From contig CAVQCA010000022.1 in the NCBI GenBank assembly GCA_963710815.1, positions 9,872-73,871 of the forward strand: DNA of 64,000 nt. The letters are read 5' to 3'. This document shows positions 11,001 through 21,881 of this stretch, piece after piece. Below the pieces are notes generated by a model. That model did not search any database. It was not told the DNA's origin and saw only the letters and a list, made by a program, of their open reading frames with translations. The translations under genes were made by a program, and so were the position numbers. The stretch is from an uncultured Gammaproteobacteria bacterium (GTDB lineage Bacteria > Pseudomonadota > Gammaproteobacteria > UBA9214). The first letter of the stretch is position 1. Every line of letters starts with the position of its first letter.

Positions 11001-12016
11001 CCCGCTTGTGGTGCCGACCTCGGCATCCGCGGCCGTCAGTTCACCGTCGACGAAGTAGGTGTGGACATAGGGAATGTTTTTCAGCTTGTCGAGCTTGCTC
11101 ACGGGCGGAGGCGGTGCAGGCGTAGTTGAGCCGGGATCGTAGTCCGGATCGACGATCAGCATTGACGGGATATAGGCATACACTTCGTCCCCGTTGGCGG
11201 CATCGAAGACATGCAGCATGCCGTCGTTGGCGCCCATGGCAATCCGTTTCTCTCGGCCGGCCTGGTCTGTCTTGAAGGCAGAAAAATTGTCGAAGTTGAA
11301 ATTTTCCGGCGGGTCGCCGATGTACACGGGGTTCGAATTGATAATATCGCCGAGCAGGCTGGAGCGGATGCGGTAGGTGCCGCCCGGGTTGCTTTTTTCG
11401 TTGCTGTGGTCGCCGCGGATGAAATTCAGTATCGGGCTTGCGGACAGCGTGTCGGTGAAGACACCGTCGCCATTAGGATCGTAAGCCGCGGGGTCCAGGG
11501 CCTGCTTTTGCGTGGCACTCAACCCGTTTGTGGCTTCCATCGGAAATTAACCTGGCGCAGGTTTGTCAGCGTAAGTATGTATAGATCGTTCCGTCCCGTA
11601 TCCCAGTAATCCGTATAGCTCGTACAATTTGTGTCAGCACACTCGTTTTTATAAAAGGTAGCGCGCGCCATCCAGTTGGTTCCCGTGGCCTCTGGTGGAT
11701 TGGAGCCTACTACCGCATCGGTGATCAGCTTGCCTGCCGAACCTGCCGGACAGGTCGTCGTGTCAGTGGGTGTTTGTCCGCAGAGAGTGTACTGGATGAG
11801 GTCACCCTGCCATGCACCGTTTTCTAACCATGGCGCATAGGCATGAACGCTGTCGCCCGACAGGTCCGTGCCGGACAGGGCATAAGGGGCGAGCGTTGTC
11901 GTCGGCTGCTCACTAATGGTGGTTTCGTTGATGATGAACGCCGCGTACAGGGCGGTGCTTATTACCACAATCGCAGCGGCAGCAATGAGGTAACGGCTCT
12001 TTATCTTCATTTTCAT
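8024..12016 (-). CDS. pilY1: PilY1/PilC-like pilus adhesin (~1330 aa), split over four ORFs by frameshifts
   Basis: N-terminal signal; LGDIINSNP, GANDGMLHVFDA, YFVDG, DTDGDSVVDFAYAGD, YFGTG propeller motifs; terminal GRRSWIDLSD* at 8024; located between pilX and pilE. Confidence 0.85.
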
Positions 12017-12034
12017 GACACGGTCTCCAGTGAA

Positions 12035-12598
12035 TCAACAGGGAGGCTTGGCGGATACGTACACCGATTGCACGGTGCGCCTGGCGCCCCTGCTGGAATC
12101 GTTCTGTGCAGAGATAAGAAAGATGTAACGTACGCAGTCCGAGGTGGAAGTTGTTGAATTGTATGAGGCAGAGCCTTTGTAACTCTGACTGCATTTCAGG
12201 TCTTTGTACGGACCGAAATATTCCACGATATAGCGGGAGGGTGCGGTGTCATCATCGGGTGGTATCGTCAGGTAGGAAGCGTCTGGCCAGTTCACTGCCG
12301 CGGGATCGAAAGCGGGCTTGGAACCGCTGGGAAGGTCGTAGTACCCGACGCCCGGCACCGTGCATTTCTCAACCGCGGTTTGTGCAACCTGCTCGCCCGT
12401 GGCGAGCGTTGCTTCCGCGTTGTTCAGCGCCCTGGCCTGGAACTGGCTGTTACCGGCCATCAGGTTCTCCAGCCGCGCGATGTTCATTCCAAACACGCCG
12501 AGGATGGTGAGAACGAGCAGGACAATCAGCGCCATGAACAGGGCAGCGCCCTGCTGGCGGTGGTGGATCGTTAATGATACGGCTGGGGAATGCGACAT
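12035..12598 (-). CDS. pilX: Minor pilin PilX
   Basis: QQGAALFMALIVLLVLTILG, MAGN, RYIVEY, RTVQSVY. Confidence 0.9.
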   Translation of the reverse strand: MSHSPAVSLTIHHRQQGAALFMALIVLLVLTILGVFGMNIARLENLMAGNSQFQARALNNAEATLATGEQVAQTAVEKCTVPGVGYYDLPSGSKPAFDPAAVNWPDASYLTIPPDDDTAPSRYIVEYFGPYKDLKCSQSYKGSASYNSTTSTSDCVRYIFLISAQNDSSRGARRTVQSVYVSAKPPC

Positions 12599-12613
12599 AA
12601 CTTGAACTCCGGC

Positions 12614-13667
12614 TTAACGATTGCGCAGCATGACGGTAGTTGTGTAGAGCTGCCGGCGGTAACCATCATTGAAGGGGGTGATCACACCGGGCATGGTGTA
12701 CGTTGTTCGTATTGGTGTAGCCGGTCTCCGGGCACTCCGCACGCGTCAGCAACCAGTACTGGACGGCGATGACATTGCCCCAGTCTGAGTCGATTTTAGA
12801 GTCGCCGGCATCCACGTAGTCGTCGGCCGACTTGTCCCCGTCGGTGTCGATGCCGTATTTGACCTCGAACTTTTCGACGCCTGTGGCGATCTCTTCCGCC
12901 GCGGGTTTCCCGCTATCGTCGAGGCTTTCGCGGAGCAGCGAAGGGACCGCGGTGCCGCGGCACTTGGTGGTGGGGGACGGGCCGATGTAATAGGCGTGCG
13001 CGACCAGTTCCGCCACGCGCTCGTCGGGTGCGGCACCCGCGTCGGGTGCGGATGGGGTCGAGAGGTCGTAGTCCATGTCATTATCTATCTTGCCTGCGTC
13101 CTTGCCCTGAAATATGCGGCCGAGCGCCTCGCCGGAGGCCGTTAGCGAGGAGCGCAGGTAGAGCCGGTTGGCTTCAAAATCCGGTGTTGTCTGACTGCCG
13201 ACCTGCCAGGGCGCCTGGTAGCGCGTCACCAGGATGTCGCTGCCCAGGTAGTCGCTGTCGGGGATGCAGCCAGTAGCCGGATACTGGAAGTATAGCCGGA
13301 ATTGGTATTGTTCATACCGAATATCGGCCTGTCCAGCATGCGGCCCCAGGTATTGTCGTCTTTATTGCATGTGCCGTCGTCATTCAGCATCGGGGCAGTG
13401 CCCGATATCAGTTCGATGTCGGCATTGCCGCCCCAGTAACTGGCACGCCGCAGGTCCTGGGCGATGGTCTCAACCGCGTAACGGGCGTTTTCCTGCTGGT
13501 GCCCGAGGGTGTCCTGGATGGTGAAGCTCTTCTTGGAACTGAGGTAGATCTGCCCGATGCCGGCAAGCAGAATGAGCGTAATGACCAGCGCCACCATGAG
13601 TTCGACCAGGCTGAAGCCATGGCAACGGCGGTATAAGTGTATCCAGATTGAGGTCTGCCTTATGCAT
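12614..13667 (-). CDS. pilW: Minor pilin PilW (frameshifted in assembly)
   Basis: GFSLVELMVALVI, QENARYA..DLRRASY, GVEKFEVKYGIDTDGD and C-terminal RRQLYTTTVMLRNR* across frames. Confidence 0.85.
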
Positions 13668-14300
13668 TGGGTATCGGCCTCGGGATGGTCACGTTCAATT
13701 GCATGCAGCGCAGGCTTTTCTCATTGCTTGGGTAGGAGACGTTGCCGTTAGCATCCACCTACAGTCCGTTTTAGTGGCGCCGGTCCGGGACTCGTCCCAA
13801 TACACGGTAACGTCATAGCTGACAATATCGTCGAGTGCGCCGACGGGTGTGCCGAGCGTCCCGTCGATGCCGGGGTCGATTGCCTGTGTGATCTTGGCCT
13901 TGCCGGTGGGCAAGATGCGTTCTACAGCGCTACACCAGGTATCGAGGTCGTATTCGGCCATGGTCGAGGGATCAGACGAAGTCGGAGGGCGGGGCAGGCA
14001 GCGGATCAGGGCAACGGCCATTCCATAATTGTCGACTATAGCGGTAACTTCATTCGTTGAGGTGTCCGTGGTATAGCTACCCGCCACATTGGCGCGCATT
14101 CGATCTGCGATGTCATAGATCAGCTGGGTTGCGTGTGTGCGCGTGGTGGCCATGGTGTTGGAGCGCAGGCCCGTGGTCTGCAGTGCCGCCAGTCCCAGCA
14201 GGCCGATGGCCAGAACCAGCAGGGCGATCAGGACCTCGAGCAGGGTAAAGCCAGACTGGTGCATTCCTCGTGAAAAAGTCATGGCAGATGTGTTAGTCAT
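13660..14300 (-). CDS. pilV: Minor pilin PilV (3' end frameshifted)
   Basis: QSGFTLLEVLIALLVLAIGLLGLAALQ, DIADRMRAN, VTVYWDE. Confidence 0.9.
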
Positions 14301-14302
14301 AT

Positions 14303-14887
14303 TTAGCTGCATCCAACCGTGGCAACACTGGTGTGCCCCTGTGGTGTGATGGAAATCTTGCGAGCCTGTGTTTTCTCGCAGTTCTTTGCCTCGATGGTGA
14401 AATCAACTGTGTCAGCACTATCTCTCGAGCATGCGCCGGACAGGTGGGTGCCGGACAACCCCGTCGGGAGAAAACACAAAAGACCAGCATCGGTGGTCAG
14501 GGTGCTTCCCTGGGAAAGGCCTTTGTTGGTTCTCATGATGCAATCTTCCGTCTTGAGACATTTTCCCGTGCCTATGTCGGGCGCCTTATGTCCGGCCAGG
14601 TCAGTATCTCTGTCCAGGTCAGAAAAAACGATCCAGCCATCCGCCCAGGTGTCCTTGCCGGTACAAGTCGCCTGGTCGCTACTCGCGCAAACGACAATAT
14701 TTTCGCCACGCTTCAGCGCTTCACTGCGTGCCAGCTGGATGGCGGAGATCAGGTCATTGGCCTGTCCCGTCACGCGGTTGTTCTTGATAAAGGACTGGAA
14801 CGCCGGAACGCCCGCGGCCAGCAAGATAGTAAGCACGACAATGGTGATCAGTAATTCCACCAGGGTGAATCCGGGTTCTTTGTCCAT
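14303..14887 (-). CDS. fimU: FimT/FimU-type minor pilin
   Basis: GFTLVELLITI, ARSEALKRG..VVCAS, WADGWIVFSD; first gene of the minor pilin operon. Confidence 0.85.
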   Translation of the reverse strand: MDKEPGFTLVELLITIVVLTILLAAGVPAFQSFIKNNRVTGQANDLISAIQLARSEALKRGENIVVCASSDQATCTGKDTWADGWIVFSDLDRDTDLAGHKAPDIGTGKCLKTEDCIMRTNKGLSQGSTLTTDAGLLCFLPTGLSGTHLSGACSRDSADTVDFTIEAKNCEKTQARKISITPQGHTSVATVGCS

Positions 14888-15253
14888 AGTCAATTTATTA
14901 CAAACCTCGCTCATCAATGTCATCCGCTATAAGATAAGCGGCTGATATTACCCGACAGGCGGACTGATTACGCGGATTTGTGCGTCAGTTTTCCGTCAGA
15001 TTCTGTCCGGTCCACCCGCTCTGTCCGGCGTGCGTAAAAAATCTTCATGCTATTCCATTCGTTGACAAGGCGTGGATGGCGGTGGAGTCGGCTCATCCGG
15101 GTCATTTCGACCGTTCGCTTCGCGTCGTCGCTGGACTGCGGGCGGCATGGCATCATCGTTTTTAGCGGCTTCTGTCGTTATCGGGCCCGAATCGATATGC
15201 TTTACCTGAATTCAGTCTCCCGCGGGCGGATCAGCGAGCAGGGTCCATGAATC

Positions 15254-16361
15254 ATGAGTAACGAGGTACCAGGGAAGTGTGTAGTGGTGGGCGGCGGCCT
15301 GCTGGGTCTGCTGGCTGCACGCGCGCTGAGCCAGGCCGGAGCCACGGTGACCCTGCTGGAACGGGAAGAAACCTGCCGTGAATCCTCCTGGGCCGGCGGC
15401 GGCATACTGTCGTCACTGACTCCCTGGCGGTATCCGGATGCGGTTTCCACGCTGGTCAGCTGGAGTCAGCAGTACTACCCGGTGCTGGCCCGGGAACTGC
15501 GTGAAGAGACCGGCACGGATGTCGAATGGACCCTGTGCGGGATGTTGATGGTCGATGTTGCCATCGACAGTGCTATCGAGGCGTGGGCGGAGAAATATCA
15601 TTACCGGGTGCAGTCGCTCGACGGGGTCTCAGGTTGCATCACTGGAACCGGCTCTGGCAGTCGATTCCCGTGCCTCGATACTGTTGCCGCATGTGGGGCA
15701 GCTTCGCAACCCGCGACTCTGCAAGGCGTTGCGCCGGTCATTGTTGCAGCGTGGTGTCACGATTCACGAGCATACGCCCGTCCAGGGGATCATCTATCGG
15801 GATGGCGCCATTGAAGGGGTCAGCACACCCCGGGGGGAGTATCACGCGGAGCAGGTGGTGATCGCCGGCGGCGCGTGGAGCGCGCAACTCCTCAAGGACA
15901 CCGGACTGGAGCTTCCCGTCCGGCCGGTGCGCGGCCAGATGATCCAGTTTCAGGCCCCTCCGGGCATGTTGAAGCATATCGTTCACTATAAGGAACACTA
16001 CCTCATTCCCCGCCTGGACGGTCTCATCCTGGCCGGCAGCACCCTGGAATTCACCGGTTTCGACAAGTCGACGACACGGGAGGCGCGCGATGAACTGGTG
16101 CGCGCGGCAACCGACCTCGTGCCGGCATTGTCCGAATGTGAACTCGTCAGGCACTGGGCCGGTCTTCGGCCCGGATCGCCTGAGGGGGTGCCCTTTATCG
16201 GTGAACATCCCCGGATTCGGGGTTTATTCGTGAATACCGGTCACTTCCGCAACGGCGTGGTGATGGCTCCAGCGTCAACCCAGCTGTTGCTTGACCTGAT
16301 GCGGCGGCGGGCCGGATTCACGGATCCTGAACCCTATTCGATTGAAAAATATATGAAATAA
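15254..16361 (+). CDS. thiO: FAD-dependent glycine/D-amino-acid oxidase (ThiO-like); frameshift near 15625
   Basis: VVVGGGLLG, SSWAGGGIL, PVRGQ, HWAGLRP, GHFRNGV. Confidence 0.82.
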
Positions 16362-16419
16362 TATTTCCTGACTGCAGGGAGATAGACGTCGGCAGGGCGC
16401 GCGGATTATACTTTGATCC

Positions 16420-16860
16420 ATGGAAAAACATTCACACAGACAAATGCTTAGCTCACGCCAACTGGCCGAGCTGCTGAAAAGCCACGGGATTCTTCCGACC
16501 CGGCCGCGCCTGTTGATCGCGCAGGTGCTGTTCACGCGCACCGAGCACATGTCCGCCGATCAGGTCATGTATTACGTCAATAACGGCAGGGACCATGTCT
16601 CCAAGGCGACGGTCTATAACACGCTGGGGGTGTTTGCCCGCAACGGGTTGATCCGCGAGGTCATCGTGGACCCGGCGCGCGTGTTCTATGATCCCAATAC
16701 CAGCAATCATCACCATTTCTACAACATTGATACCGGCGAACTGAGGGACATCGAGGCCGCCGAGCTTGACATTGAAACGCTGCCCGAGCCACCGGAGGGG
16801 ACGGTGGCCGATGGTGTAGATGTCATTATCCGTGTGCGCAATGCCGCAACTGCAGTTTGA
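16420..16860 (+). CDS. Fur-family regulator (Irr-like)
   Basis: HMSADQV, VSKATVYNTL, YDPNTSNHHHFY; no CxxC motifs. Confidence 0.88.
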   Translation: MEKHSHRQMLSSRQLAELLKSHGILPTRPRLLIAQVLFTRTEHMSADQVMYYVNNGRDHVSKATVYNTLGVFARNGLIREVIVDPARVFYDPNTSNHHHFYNIDTGELRDIEAAELDIETLPEPPEGTVADGVDVIIRVRNAATAV

Positions 16861-16888
16861 ATCCGCGCTATTCGGCCGGTAGCCATTT

Positions 16889-16918
16889 TTGCTTCCTTAA
16901 CCGCCGTCGTTTTATACT
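16889..16918 (+). promoter_or_regulatory. Sigma70 promoter of tRNA-Thr
   Basis: TTGCTT-N18-TATACT followed by a GC-rich discriminator GCCCGCC. Confidence 0.6.
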
Positions 16919-16929
16919 GCCCCGCCGCA

Positions 16930-17005
<76 letters not shown>

Positions 17006-17106
17006 TTCTACGCAATGACACTTGAAGCAGTGCACCCGTATGCACATGTCGTGGAGCCTGAATGCAGGCTAGTGCCAGCAGCCGGGGAAACAAGGAGAAG
17101 ACGGTA

Positions 17107-17457
17107 ATGCAGCCAATACTTGCGGTTGAATACAGGGTAAAGGTTGGTGAGGATGAGCTGAAGGAGGAAACCGTACCCCTGCATGGACTGGAGGAGCTTC
17201 TTGCCTATGTGGCGCCCGGAGGGGGGTGTGAACAGATTCCCTCGGAAGTGAGCGAAATCAGGATGGTGTTTCTTCCCCCGAAGCATCCAAACCGGGGTAA
17301 TCCGTTGGCCGATGTGCCGGTGACCCTGCAGCTCGGGATGGTGTTTTTCAGTGGCCCCCTGTCCGAGGTGGCACGCACGGTGCAGGAACTTCTCGACAAG
17401 GCCGGCCGCCGTGAGCTGTCAGAATCCTTTCTCCTGGTTATCGGCCTGAATTCATGA
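17107..17457 (+). CDS. Hypothetical protein (~116 aa)
   Basis: AGGAG upstream, plausible codon usage, no recognised motif. Confidence 0.65.
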   Translation: MQPILAVEYRVKVGEDELKEETVPLHGLEELLAYVAPGGGCEQIPSEVSEIRMVFLPPKHPNRGNPLADVPVTLQLGMVFFSGPLSEVARTVQELLDKAGRRELSESFLLVIGLNS

Positions 17458-17813
17458 GATGTGCCCGGGTCTCCGGCAATGCCGGCTTCCCGGGAGCCGG
17501 TAAACGTAACGCGAGGCACCTGTCGCCGTGGTGATGTCTCAACGGCGGAATTCGCGGGCGCTTCAGCGGCAGGCAAACGACCGAGCCGCGCTTTCCAGAC
17601 GTTCAGGCTGCAACCGGGTCGCAAAGCCTGTATAGTGGTCCGACGGATTTTCCGGCTGTCTCCAACCCCGCGGTGAAATTTGGGTCACGGCCATGATACC
17701 GGGTCGTCAATCCGGCTGACGGGCTGCACCGCAGGCGGTGAAGTGGTTTCTTCCCGGCAGCAGGCAGGAGAGTCCTTTCTTCTCTTCGGCACTAAAATCA
17801 GGAATATCCAGTC

Positions 17814-17838
17814 AAGCCCGCCACTCGCGGGTTTTTTT
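17814..17838 (+). terminator. Intrinsic terminator just upstream of typA
   Basis: AAGCCCGC-CACTC-GCGGG followed by a T tract. Confidence 0.7.
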
Positions 17839-17868
17839 GATGTGTAACGATCCGGGTACGACCAGAGC

Positions 17869-19690
17869 ATGATCAGAAATCTTCGAAATATCGCCATTAT
17901 CGCCCATGTCGACCATGGCAAAACCACCCTCGTCGACCAGTTGCTGCGCCAGTCCGGAACGTTCGACGCACGGGCCGTGATTCCCGACCGCGTGATGGAT
18001 TCCAACGAACTGGAACGGGAGCGCGGCATCACTATCCTGGCAAAAAATACCGCCATCCGGTGGGGTGAGTACCGGATCAATATCGTCGACACTCCGGGCC
18101 ACGCCGATTTCGGCGGCGAGGTGGAGCGCGTGCTGTCGATGGTCGATTCTGTGCTGTTGCTGGTGGATGCCGTGGATGGCCCCATGCCGCAGACGCGCTT
18201 TGTTACCAGCAAGGCCTTTGCGCAGGGACTGAAACCCATCGTCGTGATCAACAAGATAGACCGGCCGGGCGCGCGCCCGCACTGGGTGCTCGACCAGACC
18301 TTCGAGCTTTTCGACCGCCTCGGCGCCACCGACGAACAACTCGATTTTCCCGTCGTGTACACCTCTGCCCTGAAGGGGCATGCGGGCACGGATGTGGACC
18401 ACCTGAGTCACGACATGACACCGCTGTTCGAAACCATTGTCAGGCATGTCGACCCCCCGCCCGTGGACCTCGATGGCCCGTTCCGGATGCAGGTGACCTC
18501 CCTGGATTACAGCAGCTATGTAGGCGTGATCGGCATCGGGCGCATCAGCCGGGGCAGCGCAAGGACCAACATGCCGGTTACCGTGGTGGACCGGGATGGC
18601 AAGCGCCGTAATGCCCGTATGCTGCAGATTCTCGGTTTTCTGGGGCTGGAGCGGGTGGTTGCGCCGGAGGCCCAGGCCGGTGACATCATCGCCTTCACCG
18701 GTATCGACGGGCTGAAGATATCGGACACCCTGTGTGATCCGTCCAGCGTGGAGGCCTTGCCGCCGCTGGTCGTCGATGAACCCACCGTCAGCATGACCTT
18801 CCAGGTGAACAATTCACCCTTTGCCGGGCGTGACGGCAAGTACATCACCTCGAGAAACATCCAGGAACGGCTTGAGCGCGAATTGATACACAACGTTGCC
18901 TTGCGCGTGGAGAGCACCGGGGATCCGGACAAGTTCCGGGTGTCCGGGCGGGGCGAACTGCATCTGGCCATCCTTATCGAGAACATGCGTCGTGAAGGCT
19001 ATGAACTCGGTGTCTCACGACCCGAAGTCATCATCCGGGAAATCGATGGCATGAAGCAGGAACCCTATGAACAGGTCACCGTGGATGTCGAAGAGACGCA
19101 CCAGGGCGCCGTCATGGAAAGGCTGGGCGAGCGCGGCGGTGAACTCACGGATATGATGCCGGATGGCAGGGGACGGGTGCGGCTGGACTACCTCATGCCC
19201 TCCCGGGGCTTGATCGGTTTTCGCACCGAGTTTCTCACCGCGACACAGGGCAGCGGACTGCTCTACAGCATATTCTCCCACTACGGGCCGATCAAACCGG
19301 GTGAATACGGGCAGCGCATCAATGGTGTCCTGATTTCCAATGGTACCGGCAAGGCCCTGGGTTACGCCCTGTTTAATCTGCAGGAACGGGGGCGGCTCTT
19401 CATCGGACACGGCGACGAGGTCTACGAGGGGGGCATCATCGGCATCCATTCCCGCGGCAATGACCTGGTGGTCAATCCGTTAAAGGCGAAACAGCTGACC
19501 AATATTCGTGCGGCGGGTTCGGATGAGAACATCCTGCTGACGCCGCCCATACGCATGAGCCTGGAGCAGGCGCTGGAATTCATCGACGAGGATGAACTTG
19601 TGGAGGTGACGCCGCATCATATCCGGCTGCGCAAGAAAGCAACTTCTGGAACAGGACCGCAAGCGGACGTCACGCATCGTCTCGGCCTGA
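17869..19690 (+). CDS. typA: Translational GTPase TypA/BipA; one extra base near 19637 shifts the last codons
   Basis: [39 protein letters not shown]; corrected end [13 protein letters not shown]...SA* at 19690. Confidence 0.96.
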
Positions 19691-19716
19691 GTGCGGGCAG
19701 ACATAAACCCCATGAT

Positions 19717-19801
19717 TCACCGCAGAAGAGCGCAAAGTACTCAGAGAATTACCCCCCAAAAACAACTAAATTCCCTGCCGTACTTTGCGTCTCCGCGGTG
19801 A
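19717..19801. repeat. Degenerate CGCAAAG hairpin element
   Basis: TCACCGCAGAAGAGCGCAAAG... / ...CTTTGCGTCTCCGCGGTGA between convergent typA and fimT. Confidence 0.8.
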
Positions 19802-19849
19802 GTTAATTTGTTTTGGTGAATATGATTATTGTACGGTGTGCGCGAGAGT

Positions 19850-19918
19850 TTATGGAGAAGCCGGTGTGCAGGTCGAGAAATTGTCACTGCACATCTTGGG
19901 GATGTCGCTGAGCGAGAC
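19850..19918 (-). pseudogene. Diverged duplicate of the fimT 3' end
   Basis: Reads VSLSDIPKMCSDNFSTCTPASP* versus gene VSLSGIPSMYSDNISTCTP(D)PP*. Confidence 0.8.
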
Positions 19919-19942
19919 CTCATCTGTGGTGAAATCATTTGT

Positions 19943-20520
19943 CTATGGAGGATCGGAGTGCAGGTCGAGATATTGTCGCTGTACATGCTGGGGATGCCGC
20001 TGAGTGACACTACGATCTGTCTGCCCTTGTCTTTCCCGCGGTCGTCACAGAGCGACATCATGGCAATGTCACTCTCATGGAGGGAGCCATTCGAGTTGAA
20101 TTCCAGGTTTTTGTTCCAAGCCTTATTGGTGTGTATATTGACGCCGGACGGGGCGGGCTGCCCACGGCGTAACAGGATGTCGCTGCCCGACTCATAGGTG
20201 TTGTTCGTGGCATTGCCGTCATCTGCGAAGATCAGGTATCCCTGGGTCCAGATGTAATCGTTTATCCCGTCGATACCGCATTTCGGTGTGCCTGCATTGG
20301 GATTCTCGCTTCTGCAAAGGATGACCCGCACATCCCGCTTGGCCGCCTCGCTGCGTGCGAAATGGATATCCGCGATCATGTTGTTGACCTGAGTTGCCAG
20401 GCGGTTGTCCTTGATCGTGGTGCTTACGCCCGGTACGGCGGTGGTGAGAACGATGGCGGTAATGCCCAGCGTAATAAGCAGCTCGGCTAGCGTAAAGCCC
20501 CTGCAGTTTCTGTTTGTCAT
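19943..20520 (-). CDS. fimT: Orphan FimT-like minor pilin; probable true stop at 19943 after a 1-bp loss
   Basis: GFTLAELLITL, HFARSEAAKR..VILCRS, WTQGYLIFAD, LCDDRG. Confidence 0.8.
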
Positions 20521-20684
20521 TGCGCTCGTCCGGTAATGATGATTGGCGATTGATTGGCAGAGTGGGGAGTCCGTCGAGCTCCTGGATGTCCACCAAAGTC
20601 GTTATCGACAGTCGAGTCGCTTTCTATATGTCTGTCGTTACCGGAATCGGCTTGCCTTGTTGCATCGCCGGCGTCGAGTGCGGG

Positions 20685-21524
20685 CTATATGTGGAACCTC
20701 ATTGATAAATCAATGGAATGCAGGTCTTTTGTCAGAGCGCCTGTGGATATGAAGTCGACCCCGGCTTGGGCGATTTCGCGGATATTCTCCAGCGTCACGC
20801 CGCCGGAGGCCTCCAGCCGGGCGCGTCCGTCGACCAGCCGCACGGCCTTCATGAGTTCCTCAAGGGTGAAATTGTCCAGCAACAGGATATCCGCGCCGGC
20901 CGCCAGGGCTGCGGTGATCTGAGCTTCATTTTCCACCTCCACCTCGACCGGAAATCCCGGACCGGCCTGGCGTGCGACCTGCACGGCGTGTTTGATGGAG
21001 CCGGCGGAGGCAATATGGTTTTCCTTGATCAGGATGCCATCGTACAAGCCCATGCGGTGGTTGTGGCAGCCCCCGACGCGTACGGCATATTTTTGCGCCT
21101 GGCGCAGGCCGGGAATGGTCTTGCGGGTATCCAGCACCTTGACCGACAGTCCTCTTACTGCATCGGCATAGCGGCGTGCGAGGGTGGCTGTTCCCGAAAG
21201 GGTCTGCAGAAAATTCAGCGCGGTGCGCTCACCGGTGAGAATGCGCGCCGCCGGGCCATGAAGCCTGCAGAGGGTCTGATCGGCCAATATCGCCTCACCG
21301 TCCCTGATTGCCCAGTCTACTGTGATCCGGGTATCCAGTTCGGCAAACACGGCGCTGAACCACGCCATGCCACAGAGTATGGCTGGCTCGCGGCTGATGA
21401 CGATTGCGTCAGCCATCACCTCTGGCGGGATCAATGCCGCCGTGATATCGCCCGTGCCGATGTCCTCGGCCAATGCCTCGCGCACGCTGTGCAGCATCGG
21501 CGCTTCAAGAACCTCAAGCAGCAT
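20685..21524 (-). CDS. nadC: Nicotinate-nucleotide pyrophosphorylase
   Basis: EDIGTGDIT, ERTALNFLQ, DTRKTIPG, LIKENH, LEASGG. Confidence 0.96.
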   Translation of the reverse strand: MLLEVLEAPMLHSVREALAEDIGTGDITAALIPPEVMADAIVISREPAILCGMAWFSAVFAELDTRITVDWAIRDGEAILADQTLCRLHGPAARILTGERTALNFLQTLSGTATLARRYADAVRGLSVKVLDTRKTIPGLRQAQKYAVRVGGCHNHRMGLYDGILIKENHIASAGSIKHAVQVARQAGPGFPVEVEVENEAQITAALAAGADILLLDNFTLEELMKAVRLVDGRARLEASGGVTLENIREIAQAGVDFISTGALTKDLHSIDLSMRFHI

Positions 21525-21881
21525 TCAGGTCGAGATCTCCAGCAGTTCGATTTCGAATACCAGGGTCGCATCGGGGGGGATGATGCCGCCGGCGCCCCGG
21601 GGACCGTAGGCCAGTTCGGGGGGGATCACGAGACGGCGGATTCCGCCAACCCGCATGCCCTTCACGCCTTCATCCCAGCCAGGGATGACGAACCGGCAAT
21701 CCAGGGGAAAGCTGAATGGTTCATTGCGATCCCGGCTGGAATCGAACCTGGTGTTGTCTTCCAGCCAGCCGGTGTAGTGTACGATCACGGTCTGGCCTTT
21801 CCCCGTGGCCGTCTCGCCGGTACCGGCTTTAATGTCCTCGTAGCGCAATCCGCTGTCCGTGGTGGTTTCTGTCATGATCAA
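21525..21881 (-). CDS. FKBP-type peptidyl-prolyl isomerase
   Basis: VHYTGWL, FDSSRDR, VIPGWDEGV, LAYG, IPPDATLVFEIEL. Confidence 0.95.
   Translation of the reverse strand: MIMTETTTDSGLRYEDIKAGTGETATGKGQTVIVHYTGWLEDNTRFDSSRDRNEPFSFPLDCRFVIPGWDEGVKGMRVGGIRRLVIPPELAYGPRGAGGIIPPDATLVFEIELLEIST

Noticed and set aside
17572-17645. c-di-GMP-I riboswitch (GGCAAAC...GGTCGCAAAGCC)
   Set aside because: It lacks the GNRA-capped P2 and the tetraloop receptor, and the spacing is wrong. An Infernal scan would settle it.
19848-20010. Diversity-generating retroelement VR/TR pair in fimT
   Set aside because: Differences are not adenine-specific in either direction, many are synonymous, and no reverse transcriptase is present.
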